Shown in pieces: positions 58,495-64,000 of a stretch of 64,000 nt of DNA. This DNA is from Akkermansiaceae bacterium (GTDB lineage: Bacteria > Verrucomicrobiota > Verrucomicrobiia > Verrucomicrobiales > Akkermansiaceae). The position numbers and the translations under genes were made by a program. Below the pieces are notes generated by a model. The model was not told the origin of the DNA, did not search any database, and saw only the letters and a program-made list of their open reading frames with translations. The DNA is taken from NCBI GenBank assembly GCA_903888515.1, contig CAISTY010000271.1:1906-65905 (forward strand). Direction: 5' to 3'. Positions within the stretch are counted from its first letter, which is position 1. The number at the start of each line of letters is the position of its first letter.

Positions 58495-59916
58495 TTAGCG
58501 GACCGGTTCGGTGAAGACGAAAGAATAGAGCTTCGAGTTAGTCAGTTCCAAGCGCAACCGCATCATGCGACCTTTGAGTGTTGCGAGTGCGAAGCCTGCT
58601 TGCCACCGCACCTCGGCATCCGTGACCGTTTGCGCGATCGGTTCGCTTGCGGCGATAGGCTTGTTCTGGTTGTCGAGAACCGTTACTTGGATGGATCCGT
58701 TTTCCGCAACATCCGCGGAAATCCGCAGCCCTGCGCCGCCGCAAGCGAGCGGTGCGGTGATGATCCATGCCGGCTTGTCCCTTGCGACAGGTTCGTAACC
58801 TGCAAAGCCGTCCGGGCGCAGGGTGGCCAAGCAGAGAAAGCCGTTGCGCCAGCTAGTATGCAGCCCATCAGAGCCGCCGTAGTAGATGCGGATTTGGTCC
58901 TCAAGGAAGATCGGATAGGCACCGGCATACACGCAGCCCCAGTCGCAGGCCATCTCCTTCTCGCTATTGGCGATCAGCGGCGTGCCGGGGCAGACGCGGT
59001 TCCATTGCACCGTGTCGGGACTCCACGTCAGTTCGGTCCAGACGCGATCCGCCTTTTGATCGTGGATCGCCGCCAGTCCGAGGTATATCCCGCCATGGTA
59101 AAAGACCGGCATGGAGTAGATCTGAAGGTTGTGCTCCAGTCCTTGCAAGACGACTTCGGCCTTCGTCCATTTCAGGAAGTCGTCGCTTTCGGATCGGGCG
59201 ACTTGGCGCGCTTTCTTCGCCCCCCCCCAAGTGCGGGTAATTCCCACGTATTTGCCTGCGGTCGGTGCCCACAGCGCGTTGTTGTGGGTATCGCCCGCCA
59301 CCTTGATATCCGGGCAGGAAATCGCCGCACCCCAGTGAATTCCGTCGGCCGAAAACGCGACTTTGACTCCTTGGAAGAACGCCTTGTAACGTCGTGCCGG
59401 GTCGGGATCCTGAAAATCCTTGAACACACCCGCGCCGTGCGGTCCCCGCCAAACGATGTTGTTCTGCTTGGAGTCCTCGAACTCGACGAGTCCAAGTTCC
59501 GGCTTCTCCCACTTGAGGCCGTCCTTGGAAACGGCATAACAGATGGCCATATCGCGGCCCTGTGGCAGAAGATAGCGCGTCTTGCTCCGCTGCTCGAGAG
59601 TCATGCCCTGCGCCGAGTTATCGACGATGAAAGGACTGTACCAACACTTGTAGAGTTTCTCCTGCTGGTCGTAGATCACGTTGGCATAGAGGTTATCGAA
59701 GCGTTTCTCCCAGGGCTTGTCTTCGCTGAACAACGGGTTGTGCTGGCTCTTGCTCGCCTTGCCGAGCGTCAGCTTTGCGTTTTCCACCGTTTCGATGATG
59801 CGCGAATCCAGCACCAGAAAGCGGGTTCGCGGGGCGGGCGCATCGGCACCGGCACCACCGGCACCGGCGCAGAGTGCCGAGGAAAGCATCGCGATTGTCA
59901 GGATCTGTCTGATCAT
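58495..59916 (-). CDS. Secreted five-bladed beta-propeller glycosidase-like protein
   Basis: Signal peptide; SKDGLKWEKPELG, FKDFQDPDPARRYK, YYGGSDGLH and LRPDGF motifs. Confidence 0.7.
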   Translation of the reverse strand: MIRQILTIAMLSSALCAGAGGAGADAPAPRTRFLVLDSRIIETVENAKLTLGKASKSQHNPLFSEDKPWEKRFDNLYANVIYDQQEKLYKCWYSPFIVDNSAQGMTLEQRSKTRYLLPQGRDMAICYAVSKDGLKWEKPELGLVEFEDSKQNNIVWRGPHGAGVFKDFQDPDPARRYKAFFQGVKVAFSADGIHWGAAISCPDIKVAGDTHNNALWAPTAGKYVGITRTWGGAKKARQVARSESDDFLKWTKAEVVLQGLEHNLQIYSMPVFYHGGIYLGLAAIHDQKADRVWTELTWSPDTVQWNRVCPGTPLIANSEKEMACDWGCVYAGAYPIFLEDQIRIYYGGSDGLHTSWRNGFLCLATLRPDGFAGYEPVARDKPAWIITAPLACGGAGLRISADVAENGSIQVTVLDNQNKPIAASEPIAQTVTDAEVRWQAGFALATLKGRMMRLRLELTNSKLYSFVFTEPVR

Positions 59917-60006
59917 GGCTTTTCCCCCCGGTCGCGCTTGCGGCAGGCTATTTCTTCTTCCACGCCGAGTTCCTCTCGCAAGCATTGATAGACTCGACGG
60001 CACGGC

Positions 60007-61272
60007 CTACTTCTTCACCGGCGCGACGATCTGTTTCATTTCTTCTTCCGTGAATTTGCTGTTGGCCACGGGGCCGGGGGTCAAACACTGTTCGGCTTTG
60101 CCGGGTTTGGGCGTCTGCTTGGGAATAAGGAAAACTTCCTTGCCCTGCGGATCCTTCTCGATTTTCCCGCCGGCGCGCAGCACGGCAGCCCTGGCCAGTT
60201 TCTCCGACACCTCCAAGACCTTCGGCAAGTTGTAGTCGGAAAAGTCGAACTCGCGCTCCAAGTCGAGTTTTTCGGTGAAGCGTGCGGGGATTTTCGACGT
60301 CCCCATGCCGGCGAAGAGCACTCCGGCGGCATTCGACGGATTGCAGTCACTGTCCTGGCCGCAGCGGCAGGAAATGATCACGGTCTTATCCGGATCGCCC
60401 TTGCCGTAGAGCAGGCCCATGACGATGTAGGCACCGTTGAGTTTCGCGTCGATGCTCATTCCTCCCTTGCCGCCGGGTTTCGAGCAGAGGCCGTGCGTGT
60501 ACTTGGGATCCTTGTGATACTTGTCTTCGATCAACTGCCAGGTCTTCTGCCAGTCGTCGTTCTCCTTGCACCACTTCAACAGGTCGCGCACCATCTCGGC
60601 ATATTGGCTTTCCGCCGGAATGCACTTCAGCCCGGCCTCGACCAGCTTGACCGGGTCGGACTCAAAGAACGCCTCTGCATACATGCCGCCAACAAACTGA
60701 CCGGCGTACACGCCGTCGCCGTAGTTCATCAGGCGACCGAACTTGTCGCCCAGTTCGATGACCAGGTTCGGCAGGCCCGGCGCGATGATGCCGGAGAAGT
60801 CGGCCTCGATCTGATAGTCGATGTCGTCGGAACACTTGTTGCATTGTGGGTGGCCGCTGTCAGGCGGTGCGATGCCTTTGCGGAGATTGTTGCGACCAGC
60901 CACGTTGGCGTGCCACAAGCGGTAGCCGCTGTTGGCGAAGTCGATGCCCGCCTGGCGGATCGGGACGTCGAAGCCGTATTGTTCCAGCGTGCGCATGAAG
61001 GTCATTTCGACGTAGCAGTCGTCGTTGTTGTGCTGATTGACCATCTCCGGCTTCCAAGCGGGCATGCGATCTTCCGGGATGATCTCGCCCTTGACTTTGA
61101 ACTCGGTGGGCATCCCCCAGCCCACGCCTATCATCTGGCCGAGCCAGGCGGCCTTCATCTTGTCGCGGTAATCGTCCACCGACAAGCGGCGGAACTCATC
61201 CGCCCGGGCAGGCACGGTCGAGGAACAAGCCAGAAAAACCAACAACGCGGGAATGTTTTTGCAGCGCAACAT
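60007..61272 (-). CDS. Secreted ADP-ribosylglycohydrolase-family protein
   Basis: Signal peptide; NNDDCYVE, DDIDYQIEAD and GQDSDCN acidic metal-binding motifs. Confidence 0.8.
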   Translation of the reverse strand: MLRCKNIPALLVFLACSSTVPARADEFRRLSVDDYRDKMKAAWLGQMIGVGWGMPTEFKVKGEIIPEDRMPAWKPEMVNQHNNDDCYVEMTFMRTLEQYGFDVPIRQAGIDFANSGYRLWHANVAGRNNLRKGIAPPDSGHPQCNKCSDDIDYQIEADFSGIIAPGLPNLVIELGDKFGRLMNYGDGVYAGQFVGGMYAEAFFESDPVKLVEAGLKCIPAESQYAEMVRDLLKWCKENDDWQKTWQLIEDKYHKDPKYTHGLCSKPGGKGGMSIDAKLNGAYIVMGLLYGKGDPDKTVIISCRCGQDSDCNPSNAAGVLFAGMGTSKIPARFTEKLDLEREFDFSDYNLPKVLEVSEKLARAAVLRAGGKIEKDPQGKEVFLIPKQTPKPGKAEQCLTPGPVANSKFTEEEMKQIVAPVKK

Positions 61273-61469
61273 GATCAAAGTCTCCTTATAATTAAGTAAA
61301 AAAGTTACTGTTGCGGAAGCCCCACCATGGGGCGACCGTCGGGCACACTGTGGATTGTAACCCAACGAACGCCAGAAAAAAATCATTCCGCGATTTTTCC
61401 TCTGGCGTGACCGGGGCGCAATGGCCCAGATTCCGTCATCCTTCACCCCAACCACAGCCCATCCCGACC

Positions 61470-61721
61470 ATGCTTTCAGAACACCACGACATTAGCCACG
61501 AGTTTCCCGAGTATCGCCGCATGCTCGATTCCCTCAGGGCCACCGACAAATCCTTCGACACGTTGGTGGCCAAGCACGACCACCTTGACGATGAGATCCG
61601 CCGCCTGGAGGAACGGCAATTGCCCATTTCCGATGTGGAAATCGAGAAGATGAAATTCACGCGTGCCGCCCTCAAGGATCAGATCTATCAGTGCCTGCGT
61701 GCGGCAGCCGCCAAGGGCTGA
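61470..61721 (+). CDS. DUF465/YdcH-family small protein
   Basis: EFPEY...FDTLVAKHDHLDDEI...K...ALKDQIY. Confidence 0.75.
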   Translation: MLSEHHDISHEFPEYRRMLDSLRATDKSFDTLVAKHDHLDDEIRRLEERQLPISDVEIEKMKFTRAALKDQIYQCLRAAAAKG

Positions 61722-61895
61722 TCCGTGGTGGAGAATTATTTGTGAAGTTTTCCGCTTGCCAAGCCGGGGCAAGTCCCCTATTTCCCGCGTCCCTTCCTGC
61801 GCCGCTTTTCAACCATCGAAGATCTGGAGGGACATGCATGCGGCGGGTCTTCATCAATCGCCCGTCCTGAATCAAGGCGGGAAACCGCATATCCC

Positions 61896-62579
61896 ATGAT
61901 CAACGAACTCATCAATGAAATGGTGGACGCCGGAGTCCACTACGGCCACCAAACGAAAAAATGGAATCCGCGCATGAAGCCCTTCCTGATGAAGGACAAA
62001 GGCGGAATCTACATCATCGATCTGGAAAAAACCGTCCAGCAACTCGACAAGGCGTCCGCGTTCCTCGCGGACCTCGTGAGCAAAGGCAAGCGGGTCTTGT
62101 TTGTCGGTTGTAAGCGCCAGGCTCAGGACGCCATCCGTGAGGCTGCGGAAGCGACCCAACAACATTACGTCAACCACCGCTGGCTGGGCGGCATGCTCAC
62201 TAACAGCCTCACCGTGCGCAAGAGCGTCGAACGCCTCAAATACCTCGAAAACATCGAAAAACAGCCGGAATTCAAGGCCATGTCCAAGAAGGAACTCGCC
62301 GCCCTCGGCCGCGAGCGTGAGAAACTCCTGCGCAACCTCCGCGGAGTGCGTGACATGGACAAGAAGCCCGACGCGGTGGTGATCGTCGATTCCGCCCGTG
62401 AAACCATCGCCGTGGCGGAAGCCCGCCGCCTCAACATCCCGATCATCGCCTTGGTGGACACGAATGCCGACCCGGCGCTGGTGCAATTCCCGATCCCGGG
62501 CAACGATGACGCGATCCGCTCGATCCGCCTGATCCTGCAGAATCTGGTGGATGCCATGGTCACGGCCCGCCGCAACTGA
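61896..62579 (+). CDS. rpsB: 30S ribosomal protein S2
   Basis: AGVHYGH, WNPRM, FVGCKRQA, RWLGGMLTN, DTNADP and GNDDAIRS motifs. Confidence 0.98.
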   Translation: MINELINEMVDAGVHYGHQTKKWNPRMKPFLMKDKGGIYIIDLEKTVQQLDKASAFLADLVSKGKRVLFVGCKRQAQDAIREAAEATQQHYVNHRWLGGMLTNSLTVRKSVERLKYLENIEKQPEFKAMSKKELAALGREREKLLRNLRGVRDMDKKPDAVVIVDSARETIAVAEARRLNIPIIALVDTNADPALVQFPIPGNDDAIRSIRLILQNLVDAMVTARRN

Positions 62580-62661
62580 CATCCAATTCCAGCGGGCGAC
62601 CGGGTCTACCACGGGCCGCCTGTCTTTTCATAACATCTCAACACCTCATATTTCTTATATC

Positions 62662-63534
62662 ATGATCACCGCTGCCATCGTCAAAGAACTCCGCGACAAA
62701 ACCAACGCCGGCATGATGGACTGCAAACGCGTCCTCACCGAAACCAATGGCGACATCGAAGCCTCTATCAAGCTGCTGCGCGAGCGCGGCATCGCCAAGG
62801 CCGGCGCCAAAGCCGACCGTGCCGCCAACGAAGGCATCATCACCGCCCGCGTCAATGAGTCCGCCACCTCCGCCATCCTGCTGGAAATCAACTGCGAGAC
62901 CGACTTCGTTTCCAAAAACCAAAACTTCCAGGCATTCGTCAAGGACGTCGCTGACGCCCTTGCGGCCGCCAACGCACCCGACCACGCCGCCGCCCTCGTC
63001 ATCCCACACGGCGGCTCCACCGTGGAGGATTTTGTCAAGGCGAAGGTCATCGAAGTCGGGGAAAACCTCCAGTTCCGCAAATACATCCGCATGGTGGCCG
63101 CTCCCGGTGCCTACATCGCTTCCTACATCCACATGGGTGGCAAAGTCGGCGTCCTGATAGAAGTGGGTACCACCCAGACGGCCACCGCGAGCAACGCGAC
63201 CTTCCGTGAATTGGTCAAGGACCTCACGCTGCACATCGCCGCCTGCGCTCCCAAAGGACTATCCCGCGAGGACATTTCGCAAGCCGTGGTTGAAAACGAA
63301 AAAGACATCTTCCGCGCCAGACTCGCCGCCGAGGGCAAACCGGCCAACCTGATCGAAAAAATCATCCCGGGCCAGCTCGGTAAATTCTTCGCGGAAAGCT
63401 GTTTTTTGGAGCAGGGCTTCGTGAAGGATCCGGACACGACCGTCGTCGCTTTGTTAGAAGCCAAGGGCAAGGAACTCGGTGACACTCTCACTGTCATCCG
63501 CTTCGTCCGCTTCGGACTTGGCGAGGCATTATAA
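62662..63534 (+). CDS. tsf: Elongation factor Ts
   Basis: VKELRDKTNAGMMDCK, EINCETDFV and YIHMGGK motifs; follows rpsB. Confidence 0.98.
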   Translation: MITAAIVKELRDKTNAGMMDCKRVLTETNGDIEASIKLLRERGIAKAGAKADRAANEGIITARVNESATSAILLEINCETDFVSKNQNFQAFVKDVADALAAANAPDHAAALVIPHGGSTVEDFVKAKVIEVGENLQFRKYIRMVAAPGAYIASYIHMGGKVGVLIEVGTTQTATASNATFRELVKDLTLHIAACAPKGLSREDISQAVVENEKDIFRARLAAEGKPANLIEKIIPGQLGKFFAESCFLEQGFVKDPDTTVVALLEAKGKELGDTLTVIRFVRFGLGEAL

Positions 63535-63546
63535 CACTTTCGGCGG

Positions 63547-64000
63547 ATGAGCGATCTGATCATCGAAACGGTGGACGTCCACCGCAGTTATCGGGTCGGG
63601 AAAAAATCCATTGAAGTGTTGCACGGGATTGATCTGAGCATCCGCCGTGGCGAGCGGGTTTTTTTGTGCGGGCCCAGCGGTGCGGGCAAGACCACCTTGC
63701 TTTACACACTGGCCGGATTGGAACGCCCCGAGCGCGGCAGCGTGTACATCCACGGTGCCGATCTTTATGCCATGGGCCGCAAGGAACAGGCCTGTTTCCG
63801 CAATCGGGAAATCGGTTATGTGTTCCAAAATTACCATCTCTTGCCCGAGTTGACAGCACTGGAAAATGTCGCCGCGCCCGGGGCCATTGCCGGTTGGAAT
63901 TCGTCCGTCGCCGCACGCAACGCGCTCACCCGGGTGGGCTTGGCCGACCGCGCAGAGCATTTGCCCGCCGAGTTGTCCGGCGGCGAGCAACAGCGTGTAG
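63547..64000 (+). CDS. LolD/MacB-like ABC transporter ATP-binding protein, runs off the window
   Basis: Not in the ORF track (no stop inside the window). Walker A GPSGAGKT, FQNYHLL and LSGGEQQRV. Confidence 0.9.
   Translation, partial: MSDLIIETVDVHRSYRVGKKSIEVLHGIDLSIRRGERVFLCGPSGAGKTTLLYTLAGLERPERGSVYIHGADLYAMGRKEQACFRNREIGYVFQNYHLLPELTALENVAAPGAIAGWNSSVAARNALTRVGLADRAEHLPAELSGGEQQRV

Noticed and set aside
12470-59230. Long G/C homopolymers as phase-variation switches (e.g. near 12471, 28590, 50928, 51446, 59221)
   Set aside because: They are in frame, encode Pro/Gly runs and do not disrupt their ORFs; there is no evidence of length variation.

Overview
High-GC bacterial chromosome, most likely Verrucomicrobia (Luteolibacter/Akkermansiaceae-like; inferred from protein style, no rRNA in the window). 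Positions ~1-48,100 are an accessory, glycan/glycoprotein-oriented region ending at the 3' end of a tRNA-Tyr(GTA) at 48,128-48,213. Positions ~48,450-64,000 are mostly intact core genes (ribD, MscS-family, rsgA, comEC, rpsB, tsf, LolD-like ABC), with a small carbohydrate islet at 58.3-61.3 kb. The main unexplained structure is a repeated two-gene cassette. A large secreted HEXXH metallopeptidase-like protein (SHD1-like domain split by PA14, HEXXH domain, left-handed beta-helix, LamG, coiled coil, conserved Trp-rich tail) is followed directly by a secreted FGE/SUMF1-fold protein lacking the catalytic FGE cysteine motif. There are 3 peptidase copies and 4 FGE-fold copies. Also present: a 368-nt ORF-less group II intron, GH97, GH95-like, GH33 and sulfatase genes, an AraC regulator with a 21-bp-spaced direct repeat, a ~510-bp nested inverted-repeat element, heptamer tandem arrays, an ISAs1 remnant and a CapW-like WYL regulator plus a small ORF. 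At least ten accessory genes appear to have lost their middles while keeping one or both ends. All family calls come from manual motif reading; no database searches were run.
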